Shown here: one piece after another, positions 24,526 through 36,339 of the stretch
Numbering within the stretch: position 1 is the first letter of the stretch
How the letters are laid out: every line of letters starts with the position of its first letter
Assembly: GCF_006345805.1 (NCBI RefSeq)
Contig: NC_043009.1
Span: 62,930,001-62,994,000, forward strand
DNA: 64,000 nt
Direction of reading: 5' to 3'
Source of the DNA: Octopus sinensis
Lineage: Eukaryota
Translations under genes and position numbers: made by a program
Notes under the pieces: generated by a model
Told to the model about the DNA's origin: nothing
What the model saw: the letters and a program-made list of their open reading frames with translations, nothing else
Databases searched by the model: none

Positions 24526-24755
24526 TCAATTGGCAAAGTCCAGAAGAGAGAAATCGTCACACCCTCCTTCTGTGTCATTGGTAGAAAGTAAGACAGAGTC
24601 TTGCTCATTGCCGACGGACTGACTCAGGCCATCGATAAGCTGCTGGGCGGCTTCTGCTCCTCTGGACATAATTGCTGCTTCATCTTCACCACTGTCCATT
24701 ATGTTCACATCTTTGTCTTCATCATCGGAACTGCTCAGTTCGCCAAAAACTTGTT
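24526..24755 (-). CDS. TAF7: TAF7 coding exon 7, apparent terminal exon (EQVFGELSSSDDEDKDVNIMD...DFAN*)
   Basis: Acceptor attcag|, phase 1. Acidic FGELSSSDDED resembles human IFNDLSSSSEDED. In-frame TGA at 24528-24526; the seven exons sum to 933 nt = 310 aa + stop. An internal donor leading to an unseen exon cannot be excluded. Confidence 0.82.
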
Positions 24756-24987
24756 CTGAATAAAGATTAGACAAATAAACAGATCTTAAAATTGCAAACA
24801 TGCCATGTTGGGAAAAAAAAACATATTTGTATATTCAAAACTGAAACTTCCAAATAAAATTGCATATAAAGAAACTAGTATCCTTGTGAAAACAGTAATT
24901 TGATTACATGAACTGCTTAACAGACAAAATATTGCGTTATTTTTCATGAAATTCTGAATCTAAGGTGAGGATTAATGAAAGATTAAT

Positions 24988-25127
24988 AGGTGCAGGATTG
25001 GCTGTGTGGTAAGCAACTTGCTTACCAACCACATGGTTCTGGGTTCAGTCCTACTGCGTTGCACCTCGGGCCGACTAAGGCCTTGTGAGTGGATTTGGTA
25101 GACGGAAACTGAAAGAAGCTCGTTGTG

Positions 25128-25220
<93 letters not shown>

Positions 25221-25422
25221 GTGTGTGTATATGTTTTATGTGTCTGTGTTTATCCCCCCGTCCCAATATTGGTGTGTTTACGTCTCTGGTAACTTAGCAG
25301 TTCAGCAAAAAAGACCGATAGAATAAGTACTAGGCTTTCAAAGAATAAGTCCTGGGGTCCATTTGTTCGACTAAAGGTGGTGCTCCAGCATGACCGCAGT
25401 CAAATGACTGAAACAAGTAAAA
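24988..25422 (+). mobile_element. SINE-A (TAF7 intron 6)
   Basis: Head, long (TA)n(CA)n linker and tail. Confidence 0.85.
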
Positions 25423-25559
25423 GAATAAAAGGGAATGAGATTTGTAATAATTATAGAAGGACGGACAAGTGTGTCCACATCTGCTTTGCTTGTTGGCATG
25501 TTGTTGATGATGATTATAATATTAATAATGAAATTATTGAATACAGTGCTCAGGTGCAC

Positions 25560-25975
25560 CACAACTTGTCAGAGTATATGCAGCAATGTACAAATGTCTG
25601 GAAAGCGAACAATGCATGAGTTAGATACATGCTTGTGTGTGTATGGAGGGGAGAAAATCAGGTGCAGTGTTGGCGAATCTCAGAAAGCATGTAAGTTTTG
25701 AAGGATGCAGTGCTCCGACAACTAACAACGGATGCTGGCAGTTTGTTCCATGCTTCAGCAACTCTCAGCGTGAAAAACATGTTTCCTGAAGTCATGGAAG
25801 CTATGCTGTTTTCTGACTTTGTAAATATGTCCACGGGTGTTAGATGGGTGGAATTTGAAAAGGTGCTCAGAGTTATTGTTTGTATGATGGTTGATAATTT
25901 TATGGGTGTTTGCCAAGTCAGCTGCCAGGCGTCGGAGTTTCAATGTGTCCATGCCCAGGGAAGTAAGGCGTTCAG
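25560..25975 (-). mobile_element. CR1-clade LINE 3' end
   Basis: LKLRRLAADLANTHKII...NTRGHIYKVRKQHS; sister copy at 33240-33645. Confidence 0.8.
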
Positions 25976-26299
25976 GATATGATGATGATTAATAAAATAA
26001 ATTAGGTTAGAAAATAACTACTTAGACATATGTTTGTATAAGTTCATCTGAGTCAAGTATTCCCCCGATGGTATGAAAGTTAAGAAGAAAGCTTTAACAA
26101 TGGAAAGTGTCAGTGTCCCTAGAGTTAGTAGACTGGCATACTTGTAACCTGGCCATAGCTTTAATGCTTTAGCATTGAAACTGGCCATATCCAGCCAAAA
26201 TATTCTGCCTCTTTTAAGTTCAGCCTGGCCAGATTCAACATCTTGTACACACTCTAGAATGTCATAGTAAAAATAAACAATCAAAATCAAATGGAAACG

Positions 26300-26670
26300 G
26301 TTGTTGTGGCCAATGCCAGGTATTGCCTGACTGGTACCCATGCTGGTGGCATGCAATAAGCACCACTCATGCGTGGGTCATTGCCAGTGCTGCCTGACTG
26401 GCTTCCTGTGATGGTGGCACGTAAAAAGCACCATCAGAATGTGGTCGATGCCAGCCCCATTGCTCCGAATGGCTCTTGTGCCGGTGGCACATAAAAAGCA
26501 CCATCTGAATGTGGGCGATGCCAGTGCCGCCTGACTGGCTCCCAGCTGTAGAAACACTGCCAGATCAGATTGGAGCCTGGTGCAGCTTTCTGGCTTCCCA
26601 AACCCCAGTCAAACCGTCCAACTCATGCCAGCATGGGAAGCGGATGTTAAACGATGAAGATGATGATGAC
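26300..26670 (+). mobile_element. Family C element
   Basis: GGTGGCACGTAAAAAGCACC modules and (GAT)n tail. Confidence 0.7.
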
Positions 26671-27223
26671 GTCACTGAAATATTGAAGCAACAAGATAAT
26701 GCATGATTAATTCAAGACAATGTGAACAAAAACACAGAGTAATCTGAATACTAAAGGGTTAAACTGTATCTAGTATTCGGGCCCTGATTCAGGTGGTACT
26801 GGCATCGGCCACGATAACGATTTCACTTGACTCAACAGGTCTTCTCAAGCCTAGTTTCATATTATCAAATAATACAAAGTAACTGAGAGGCAGAGGAGGA
26901 GGATGCTGACTGCTTTGCAGCTGTGGTTAGTTCCATTCCTCTTCACCGTGAGTTCAAATCTTTATGGTATTGATTCAACCTTCTAAGTTTTTGTGATCAA
27001 TAAAATAAGTTCTAGTGATTTACTACAGTCAGAGATGTGTGATAAGGGTGTTGATAATCTTTTAATTGTTTCAGTCATTAGACTACGGCCATGCTGGAGC
27101 ACTGCCTTGAAGTATTTTAGTAGGATGAATTGACCCTAGTACATTTCTTTTAAGCTTGGTATTTATTCTATCAGTTCCTTTTGCCAAACTGCTAAGTTAC
27201 GAGGACAGAAACACACTGACACC

Positions 27224-27456
27224 GGTGGTGAGCTGGCAGAATTGTTAGCACACCGGGCGAAATGCTTAGGGGTTTTTTGTCTGCTGTTACGTTCTGAGTT
27301 CAAATTCCGCCGAGGTCGACTTTGCCTTTCATCATTTCAGGGTCGATAAATTAAGTACCAGTTACGCACTGGGGTCAATGTAATTGACTTAATCCCTTTG
27401 TTTGTCCTTGTTTGTCCCCTCTGTGTTTAGCCCCTTGTGGGTAGTAAAGAAATAAG
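27224..27456 (+). mobile_element. SINE-B inserted into a minus-strand SINE-A
   Basis: 16-bp TSD AGAAA(C/T)ACACTGACAC at 27207-27222 and 27455-27470. Confidence 0.88.
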
Positions 27457-27580
27457 AAATACACTGACACTGATTTCAAGTGGTGGTAGGGGACAAATAC
27501 AGACATAAAGATACATCCACACACCTATGAAAAAAGAAAGCGCCTAGAACATTCTGTACAGAAACTATGTCAATGTATAC

Positions 27581-27799
27581 CAGTGTTTTTCAAACTTTTT
27601 GCTGGAGCGGAACCCCAAGGAAACATTCCACTGGCTCGAGGAACCCCTGTGCAATAATTTAATAGTCTTATGCACATATATCTGCACAGGAGAATTAAAA
27701 ATTACTGCTGATTTTAGCAGTTTTGTAACTTCTTGCGGAACCCCTGAACTGTACTGGCGGAACCCTAAGGTCCCGCGGAACCCTGGTTGAAAACCACTG
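27581..27799. mobile_element. hAT-type MITE (219 bp), same family as 10295
   Basis: CAGTGTTTTTCAA / TTGAAAACCACTG TIRs; perfect 8-bp TSD ATGTATAC. Confidence 0.92.
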
Positions 27800-28407
27800 A
27801 TGTATACAATGGAGCTGAGTGCAATCTCCAGCTTGTCGGACCCTGATGAACCATCCAACCCATGCCAGCATGAAAAACAGACAGCAAACGATGAAGTTCA
27901 AACCCCCTGCCTGGCACCATAAGACAACAAAAGCTTTGTGAGTTAAGTTTAGTTGATGGCTAAATATTAACACTTGGCCTTTTAGTGTACCCTCTATACC
28001 AAGCCTCTGATCCAAACCCCTGACCTGAGGATAACTTCCTCCCACCAAGCTCAGAGCCCTTCAAAAAGATTACAGATGCTACCTTTTCTCTGCTGACTAA
28101 GTCTATCAAAAGAACCTCATAAATTTCCCAGGTAGGGGCCTTATCTATCAACCATTATTTGAATCTGAAGTTTTCTGTCAGACTGCTTCACAGTAACATG
28201 AAGAAGGAGCAACAACTCTTGAAATATGCATATACACCCAATATCCATTCTTTTAGCTGCAATCACATTGTTTACATGGTATATGAAATACTGTAACTTT
28301 TAGAGCTGGCTCTAATTTCTAGAGAATATCTGTAGAGATAACTTTAGAAAGTGAATTAATAGAACTGTTAACACAGGTGGGCATAGCATTGGCTCGTAAG
28401 TCTTTAA

Positions 28408-28880
28408 CCCTTTTGTTACCATATTTCTGTTGAGATGCTCTGTGTTTCTTCCAATTACTTTAAATATAACAAAGAATTTATTAAAATAACTTCATTATCA
28501 TTAAGCTAGTGTTAGGAACATGAATTGTGACTAAGGTTTGGTGGAAGATTTTAATTCAAAACTTATGAAAACAAGACATTTGTACCAAAGAGCCAGAGGC
28601 AGTTTCAGGTGGGTTGGTATCGAAATGGTTAAGAATGGTTTCTCTATTATATATTTGAACCCTTTTGTTACCATATTTCTGTTGAGATGCTGTGTTTCTC
28701 TTTCAATTACTTTAAATATAACAAAGAATTTAGTAAAATAACTTAGTTATCATTAAGCTAGTGTTAGGAACATAAATTGTGACTAAGGTTTGGTGGAAGA
28801 TTTTAATTCAGAACTTTTGAAAACAAGACATTTGCACCAAAGAGCCGGAGGCAGTTTCAGCCAGGTTGGTATCGAAATGG
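28408..28880. mobile_element. Two adjacent piggyBac-like MITEs, family 1 (28408-28628, 28660-28880)
   Basis: Same body as 17942 and 41678; TTAA-type flanks. Confidence 0.8.
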
Positions 28881-29055
28881 TTAATATACTTTGTGGTATA
28901 TTAGGAAATACATCCTCCCACCCCCGCCCCAGCAATTAATAGTAATATATGATGGCAAAATTTCAACCTATATTTTAGTATTAGAAAATGACTATTTGTA
29001 AATCTCACAAGAGATATTCAGGAACAGTACTTTGGAGTAAAGATTGTTTGCCAAC

Positions 29056-29309
29056 ATAACATGGCAGTCCTGGTTTAGGACGAATGTTGCTGTAATTTAG
29101 CCCCAGGAGACATCGTCTCCAGCTGGCTATATGACACAATCTGTGTCCTTATAATTTCCAACTAGGGAATCTAGCACCCCCACTCAGCACAAAATAATAT
29201 CTGTGTATCGTGATTTCTGGGTTATTTCCCTTCATCAGCCGGCTGGAGACGATGTCTCCTGGGGCTAAATTACAGCAACATTCGTCCTAAACCAGGACTG
29301 CCATGTTAT
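29056..29309. mobile_element. Inverted-repeat element with a hammerhead-like core (Penelope-like)
   Basis: Perfect 68-bp arms 29056-29123 / 29242-29309; minus-strand CUGAUGA...GAAA at 29238-29214. Confidence 0.65.
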
Positions 29310-29310
29310 A

Positions 29311-29715
29311 CTCTTTACTCTCTTTTACTTGTTTCAGTCATTTGACTGCGGCCATGCTGGAGCACCGCCTTTAATCGAGCAACTCGACCCCGGGACTTAT
29401 TCTTTTGTAAGCCCAGTACTCATTCTATCGGTCTCTTTTGCCGAACCGCTAAGTAACGGGGACATAAACACACCAGCATCGGTTGTCAAGCAATGCTAGG
29501 GGGACAAACACAGACACACAAACACACACACACACACATATATATATACATATATACGACGGGCTTCTTTCAGTTTCCGTCTACCAAATCCACTCACAAG
29601 GCTTTGGTCAGCCTGAGGCTATAGTAGAAGACACTTGCCCAAGAAGCCACGCAGTGGGACTGAACCCGGAACCATGTGGTTGGTAAGCAAGCTACTTACC
29701 ACACAGCCACTCCTG
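29311..29715 (-). mobile_element. SINE-A (TAF7 intron 6)
   Basis: Near-consensus full copy in reverse orientation. Confidence 0.88.
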
Positions 29716-30089
29716 GCAAATAATCTTTACTCCTATATTTTAGTAGTATAAATATATTCCAAGCTTTAGAGATGTCTCCTGTACTTCTTTCTGTGCATTC
29801 ATGATCTACTTCTGTCCCTTTTTACTATGCACAAGGTACCACTTTTTAGTGCTCCTTGACTTTTCTTCATACTGTGCCATCTCTATGCAAACTCCTCCTC
29901 TACAAGAACAAGAACCTCAAAAACATTCTTCCATAGGAACACCACAATTTTGTCTCTCTGTTTGACACAAAGACAATTGTCATGCTTAACAAAGAAATAG
30001 TATGGCAGAAAACCTTTTTTCAAAACCCTCACGGTAACTTCAAAGATTGTGCCTTACAATTTCTGGTAATCTTCTACATATATGATATT

Positions 30090-30412
30090 GTCAAAACGTG
30101 CTGGTGGCACATAACAAACACCATCCGATTGTGGCCGTGCCAGCCTCGCCTGGCCTCCGTGCCGGTGGCACGTAAAAAACACCATCTGAGCATGGCCGTT
30201 CGCCAACCTCGTCTGGCACCTGTGTCGGTGGCACATAAAAAGCACCCACTACACTCACGTAGTGGTTGGCGTTAGGAAGGGCATCCAGCTGTAGAAACAC
30301 TGCCAGATCAGACTGGAGCTTGGTGCAGCCTTTGGGCTTCCCAGACCCCAGTTGAACCGTCCAACCCATGCTAGCATGGAAAACGGACGTTAAACGATGA
30401 TGATGATGAAAA
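30090..30412 (+). mobile_element. Family C element
   Basis: Three modules plus body and (GAT)n tail. Confidence 0.75.
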
Positions 30413-30488
30413 CATCCCAAAGACTACACTTCATTATGAAAGCTAGCAAATATTTCTAGTCTGATCAGGTTTTGACCTATTGTAAGTA

Positions 30489-30529
<41 letters not shown>

Positions 30530-30654
30530 ACAGTGCTACAGATTCACACAAGTATCCTTGACATATCTAAAAGAAGACTGGTCAACTCATTACCAATGGC
30601 TAACTTACTAAAAGACTACAACTATTTTGCTTATAGGTATACTGTTCCCTCTCT

Positions 30655-30870
30655 CTACCTATTTCTTTACTGCCCACAAGGGGGCAAACAAAGACAGACA
30701 AACAGATTAAGTCAATTATATTGACCCCCAGTGCGTAACTGGTACTTATTTAATCGACCCTGAAAGGATGAAAGGTAAAGTCGACCTTGGCACAATTTGA
30801 ACTCAGAACGTAGTGTCAGATGAAATACTGCTAAGCATTTCGCCCAGTGTGTTAACGTTTCTGCCAGCTG
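30655..30870 (-). mobile_element. SINE-B
   Basis: Matches the 18529 and 27224 copies. Confidence 0.8.
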
Positions 30871-31107
30871 TTTCTTCTCTCTACCTCTTATAAAAGTAAG
30901 GCAACAGCCTCTGCACTACTTACCTGCATATAACACCTAGTTTTACCTAACACAGACTTCACACTTCCTCTTGGCACCCCTCACGCTAAATAGTTTCACC
31001 CAATTCTTCCTTGCCTGTATTACATCCTAGGTTTTCTTTCTCATGTTCAAATTGGACATCTGCCTTATCAATCTCATTAATTTTCAATTAAATCACAAAA
31101 TCCTTAC

Positions 31108-31318
31108 CAATATCCAAACTAATACTGGAATCAGCAGTATAGATGTTGTCTTCTGCTTGCACTGCAGTGCCACTCGCCTCCACAATTTGATTCTGACTGT
31201 TGCTCTCTGAAAGCGTTTTTTCTTCTTCGGTTAAGACTTCCCACTTCACATCAATAGCTTCAGCATCCATCCTAAAAAGTCGTTTCACTTCTTTTTCAAT
31301 ATCTGGTTGTTCTGTGTA
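31108..31318 (-). CDS. TAF7: TAF7 coding exon 6 (YTEQPDIEKEVKRLFRMDAEAIDVKWEV...SLDI)
   Basis: Acceptor ttttag|, donor G|gtaagg; 211 nt, phase 0/1. Resembles human YIESPDVEKEVKRLLSTDAEAVSTRWE. Confidence 0.95.
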
Positions 31319-31408
31319 CTAAAATACAAAACAAAAATGAAATTTTTACTCTGTTTTCAATTTGCCTTTTTCAAGTTAGTAAGGACGGGCTTCTTTTTTT
31401 TTTGCAAA

Positions 31409-32465
31409 CGTAAAAAGCGCTATCCAAATCGTGGCCGATGCCAGCGCCGCCTCGACTGGCTTCCGTGCTGGTGGCACGTAAAAAGCACCATCCAAATCGT
31501 GGCCGATGCCAGCGCCGCCTCGACTGGCTTCCGTGCTGGTGGCACGTAAAAAGCACCATCCAAATCGTGGCCGATGCCAGTGCCGCCTCGACTGGCTTCC
31601 GTGCCGGTGGCACGTAAAATGCACCATCCAAATCGTGGCCGATGCCAGTGTCGCCTCGACTGGCTTCCGTGCTGGTGGCACGTAAAAAGCACCATCCAAT
31701 CGTGGCCGATGCCAGCGCCGCCTCGACTGGCTTCCGTGCTGGTCGCACGTAAAAAGCACCATCCAATCGTGGCCGATGCCAGTGCCGCCTCGACTGGCTT
31801 CCGTGCCGGTGGCACGTAAAATGCACCATCCAAATCGTGGCCGATGCAGTGTCGCCTCGACTGGCTTCCGTGCTGGTGGCACGTAAAAAGCACCATCCAA
31901 ATCGTGGCCGATGCCAGCGCCGCCTCGACTGGCTTCCGTGCTGGTCGCACGTAAAAAGCACCATCCAAATCGTGGCCGATGCCAGTGCCGCCTCGACTGG
32001 CTTCCGTGCCGGTGGCACGTAAAATGCACCATCCAAATCGTGGCCGATGCCAGTGTCGCCTCGACTGGCTTCCGTGCTGGTGGCACGTAAAAAGCACCAT
32101 CCAAATCGTGGCCGATGCCAGCGCCGCCTCGACTGGCTTCCGTGCTGGTCGCACGTAAAAAGCACCATCCAAATCGTGGCCGATGCCAGTGCCGCCTCGA
32201 CTGGCTTCCGTGCTGGTGGCACGTAAAAAGCACCAATCCGATCGTGGCTGTTGCCAGCCTCGACTGGCACCTGGGCAGGTGGCACGTAAAAAGCACCCAC
32301 TACACTCACGGAGTGGTTGGCGTTAGGAAGGGCATCCAGCTGTAGAAACACTGCCAGATCAGACTGGAGCCTGGTGCAGCCTTCTGGCTTCCCAGATCCC
32401 CGGTCGAACCGTCCAACCTATGCTAGCATGGAGAACGGACGTTAAACGATGATGATGATGATGAC
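31409..32465 (+). repeat. Family C element with an expanded ~68-bp tandem array (12 near-identical units + 1 variant)
   Basis: Unit CGTAAAAAGCACCATCCAAATCGTGGCCGATGCCAGYGYCGCCTCGACTGGCTTCCGTGCYGGTSGCA; body and (GAT)n tail at 32285-32465. Confidence 0.92.
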
Positions 32466-33239
32466 ATCAGTCATGGACAAACTGTGACCTGCAAGACTTC
32501 CAGGAATGGCATGCCAATGAAAAATTACCTCGAATTTTTTTTAGTAGCGTGACTGGCCTGATTATGATCCATGTCTCAAGGAGTCTGCTTCATGGGAAAT
32601 GCTGCCCATGCCAAGTGTAAATATTGCTGCAGCAGATGGTTTTAAAGCAGGTAACTAACTATGAAGTGGTGTCTATTGAAAGGGAGAGTAACTACATGGC
32701 ATACAAAAAAGAGGCTACATTGACTAACTGTTGCTTGCCAACATGCTCCAGACTTCAGCCCACAAATGTGCTGTCTTCTCTGTCTTTTCTGATATTTTCA
32801 ATATGGCCTCTGCTCTTCAAAGCCGGTTAGTCTCCTCTTACTTCTACTCAATCACTCCTGACTTGCCTCCTCCTCCAGTGACCCATATAATGTTTTTCCT
32901 CACAGGCCCTGCAAGAGCCAACGCATTCAGTCCTTTAGAATCCTTCCCTGCACATATTTTCTTGTAATTGTCAACTTGTAATTATTCAAAAACGTTAACT
33001 ACATCAATCTCACCAATCTGTAGAAGCAATGAACACAGCCTCTTACAACTGATCACAAAGAGAGAAACAAAAATTTTTTTTTTCTGGGGATTCAACACAA
33101 TCAGGGTATGAAGATTTGAACTCTTGATCATGTGCATCCAGTACTATAGCTTCACAACTTCACAGACACTGTGTCTCAACACATTATTGCCATACTGTAA
33201 TGTAACCTGAAGTAATTCTTCTGTTTACTAAAATACCCT

Positions 33240-33670
33240 TTTTTTGTTGAAAGATTACTTGGCAGACACCCATAAAATTATTAACCATCTTACAAACAAT
33301 AACTCCGAGCACCTTTTCAAACTCCATCTGTCTAACACCCGTGGACATGTTTACAAAGTCAGAAAACAGCACAGCTCCCATGACTTTTGGAAACATTTTT
33401 TTATGCTAAGAGTTGCTGAAGCATGGAACAAACTGCCGGCATCAGTTGTTAGTTGTCGGAGCACTGCATCCTTCAAAACTTCCATGCTTTCTGAGATTCA
33501 CCAACACTACACTTGATTTTCTCCCCTCCAGACACACGCAAGCATGTATCTGACTCATACACTGTTCACTTTCCAGACATTTGTACATTACTGCATATGC
33601 TTTATACGCACTTTCTGACAAGCTGTGGTGCACCTGAGCACTGTATACTATAATTTCACTATTATTATTA
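33240..33670 (+). mobile_element. CR1-clade LINE 3' end with (ATT)n tail
   Basis: NTRGHVYKVRKQHSSHDFWKHFFMLRVAEAWNKLP motif. Confidence 0.85.
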
Positions 33671-33845
33671 TTATTATTATTAAAGTGCTGGATTAATGAC
33701 TGAAGAAAATGAAAGTTACAATTTACACAAATGTTACACTCTAAGCAGCATCAACATGGAAGATGGAGGACGGCAAAAGAAGAAACAGAATCAAACACAA
33801 ATCCTACTTCAAATTCAAGAGAAATACATGGGATTTTATAATTAC

Positions 33846-33904
33846 CTTCTTTTTTAACGTTTTCCGGAATCGTCTTTTTCTAACATTCTTTAAAGATGGA
33901 CAAA
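33846..33904 (-). CDS. TAF7: TAF7 coding exon 5 (ICPSLKNVRKRRFRKTLKKK)
   Basis: Acceptor caatag|, donor AAG|gtaat; 59 nt, phase 1/0. Contains the conserved LKNVRKRRFRK basic motif. Confidence 0.95.
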
Positions 33905-35004
33905 CTATTGGAAAAATGAATTATTCAAGAAAACATTAAAATCATACACTGAAACTAAAAATATTTTTGTATTGTAAAATTTATATTAGAATTCAATACA
34001 AGCAATTGAGGCAGTTTTACTTTAAAAAAAAATGTATCAATCGTTAATACATACAAACTGTTGATAAAAAGCACAGCGTGTCCATAAGGGATGTTATCTC
34101 AGGACAAATACTATAATAACTGGCCTATGAACAGTGTATATACATTAAGTATGATACACAGATGACTATTTTCCATTAAATGATTTCAAATATCATAGCT
34201 AAGAGCCAAAATTATTTTTTGTCACCTATCAACATCTGTTTCCCAAGTAAAATAGGATACTGCATATTATCACTTCCTTTAATTCTGTACCATCATAAAT
34301 GACCACATCACTACTCCATCCTGGTCTTCTGCTGCTTGAAAATGGAATATATTTCGTCCGGTGGATGTCCATTCAAATGCAGACATTTCTCAGCTGATAC
34401 CTTTAATGTCCAGCAATTCTGTCTATCAGACAAGCTAAAACTGCATATTCAACAGATTATGCTTAACTAATTTCCCCTTGAGCTTTCACAAATCCATATG
34501 TTCAATGCTCATCACATGTTTTATGTTTTATTCAGCTTGCTTTTCAATAAAGAAAGGAAAACTTTGTTGTCACCAGAAACAATTACTCCTTGAAATTCAT
34601 CCATTACTTTCTTAGTCTAGCAATTATGCTTTCACTATAACCATTTCTAACACTAATTAAGTGACATATGTAACAGAAACTATCAAGTACAACTAGCATA
34701 CCACCTGGGTAGTCTAGGACTTTGTCCCATAGTCATTCATAGAACCAGTTTTTATCAGGAGAATCTGAAGATTTGGCCAATTTGCCAGAAATTCAATTCT
34801 ATCACTTGTGGTTCGCAAAAAGCACCATTCAAGCATGATGCCAGTAACACCTGACTGGCCCTCATGCTGGTGGCATGTAAAAAGCACCCACTACATTCTC
34901 AGAGTAGTTGGTGTTAGGAAGGGCATCCAGCTGTAGAAACATTGTCAAACTGTCCAATGCATGCCAGCATGGAAAGCGGACGTTAAACGATGATGATGAT
35001 GCAA

Positions 35005-35545
35005 ATATTGTTTGTCCCCTCTATGTTTAGCCACTTGTGGGCAATAAAGAAATAAGAAATGTTAGCATGATGGGTGAAATGCTTAGCGGTATTTCGTCTG
35101 CTGTTATGTTCTGAGTTCAAATTCCGCCGAGGTCAACTTTGCCCTTCATCCCTTCGGGGTTGATAAATTAAGTATCAGTTATGCACTGGGGTCAATCTAA
35201 TTGACTTAATACCTTTGTCTGTCTTTGTTTGCCCCCTCTATGTTTAGCCCCCTGTAGGCAATAAAGAAATAAGAAATGTTAGCACACCGGGTGAAATGAA
35301 AAAAAATATAAAGCGGTGAGCTGGCAGAAACGTTAGCACGCCGGGCGAAATGCTTAGCGGTATTTCATCTGCCATTACGTTTTGAGTTCAAATTCTGCCG
35401 AGGTCGACTCTGCCCTTCATCCCTTCGGGGTCGATAAATTAAGTACCAGTTACACACTGGGGTCGATGTAATTGACTTAATCCCTTTGTCTATCCTTGTT
35501 TCTCCCCTCTATGTTTAGTCCCCTGTGGGCAATAAAGGAATTAGA
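35005..35545 (+). mobile_element. Head-to-tail SINE-B concatemer (about 3 units)
   Basis: Units joined at GAAATAAGAAATGTTAGCA. Confidence 0.8.
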
Positions 35546-35563
35546 ATCAATAAAGTGACCTAC

Positions 35564-35660
35564 TTCCATGTGGGTAATGGTATTTCTTGTCCTTGTCTTT
35601 CTTCCGTGGACTTTCATTTTCATCTTGGCTCGTGTCATCTTCATAAGAACAAATCAGCAA
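35564..35660 (-). CDS. TAF7: TAF7 coding exon 4 (LLICSYEDD...KKDKDKKYHYPHG)
   Basis: Acceptor ttgcag|, donor A|gtaggt; 97 nt, phase 0/1. Resembles human KDKDKEKKFIWNHG. Confidence 0.93.
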
Positions 35661-36339
35661 CTGCAAGATTTAATTCAGAAAACATTATAAATCTAAAGAT
35701 TCCATGCTTGCAGAAATAGGATGGATTTTATCAATACCACTGACTTCAGTTGTGGAGGTGCATGGCCTAGTGGTTAGAACAGTCGAGGGACCGCGGGTTC
35801 GAATCTCAGACCAGGCGATGTCTGTGTTTATGAGCGAAACACCTAAGCTGCACGTTACTCCAGCAGAAGGTAATGGCGAACTTCTGCTGACTCTTTTGCC
35901 ACAACTTTCTCTCACTCTTTCCTCCTGCATTTTGCCGTTCACCTGCGACAGACCAGCGTCCCGTCCAGGTGGGGAACCCAAACACCAAGGAAACCGGCCC
36001 TTATGAGCCAGGCATGGCTTGAGAAGGAACAAAAAAAAAATTGACTTCAGTTAACCATTCACCATGAAGTAGGTGTAAAAGATGTGAATAAACCAAACAG
36101 TTAAATATCTTATTCACTAGCTATACAGGGATGTAGACAGGTTAGAACTGATGACCATGTCTAACTGTAGAAATTAATAGCATCAATTAAAAATTAAATT
36201 ACAAAGATTTATGAAAATTTAAAGATCATTAGAGTTACATGAATCAGTGGTTAATTTCAGCTGATAGTAATAGAGTTAAAACTGCAGATAATGATGAGTT
36301 CATATAAATACCTCATCATCACTGTTAAGTTTTTTCCCG

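Noticed and set aside
31409-32290. CRISPR-like appearance of the array
   Set aside because: The units are contiguous with no unique spacers, there are no cas genes and the context is eukaryotic.
31371-32351. 250-326 aa ORFs on the minus strand
   Set aside because: They are translations of the 68-bp tandem array; open in several frames, with no protein similarity I recognise.
34130-34450. Possible intronic snoRNA in TAF7 intron 4
   Set aside because: No properly spaced C box (RTGATGA) and D box (CTGA) pair with a terminal stem was found.
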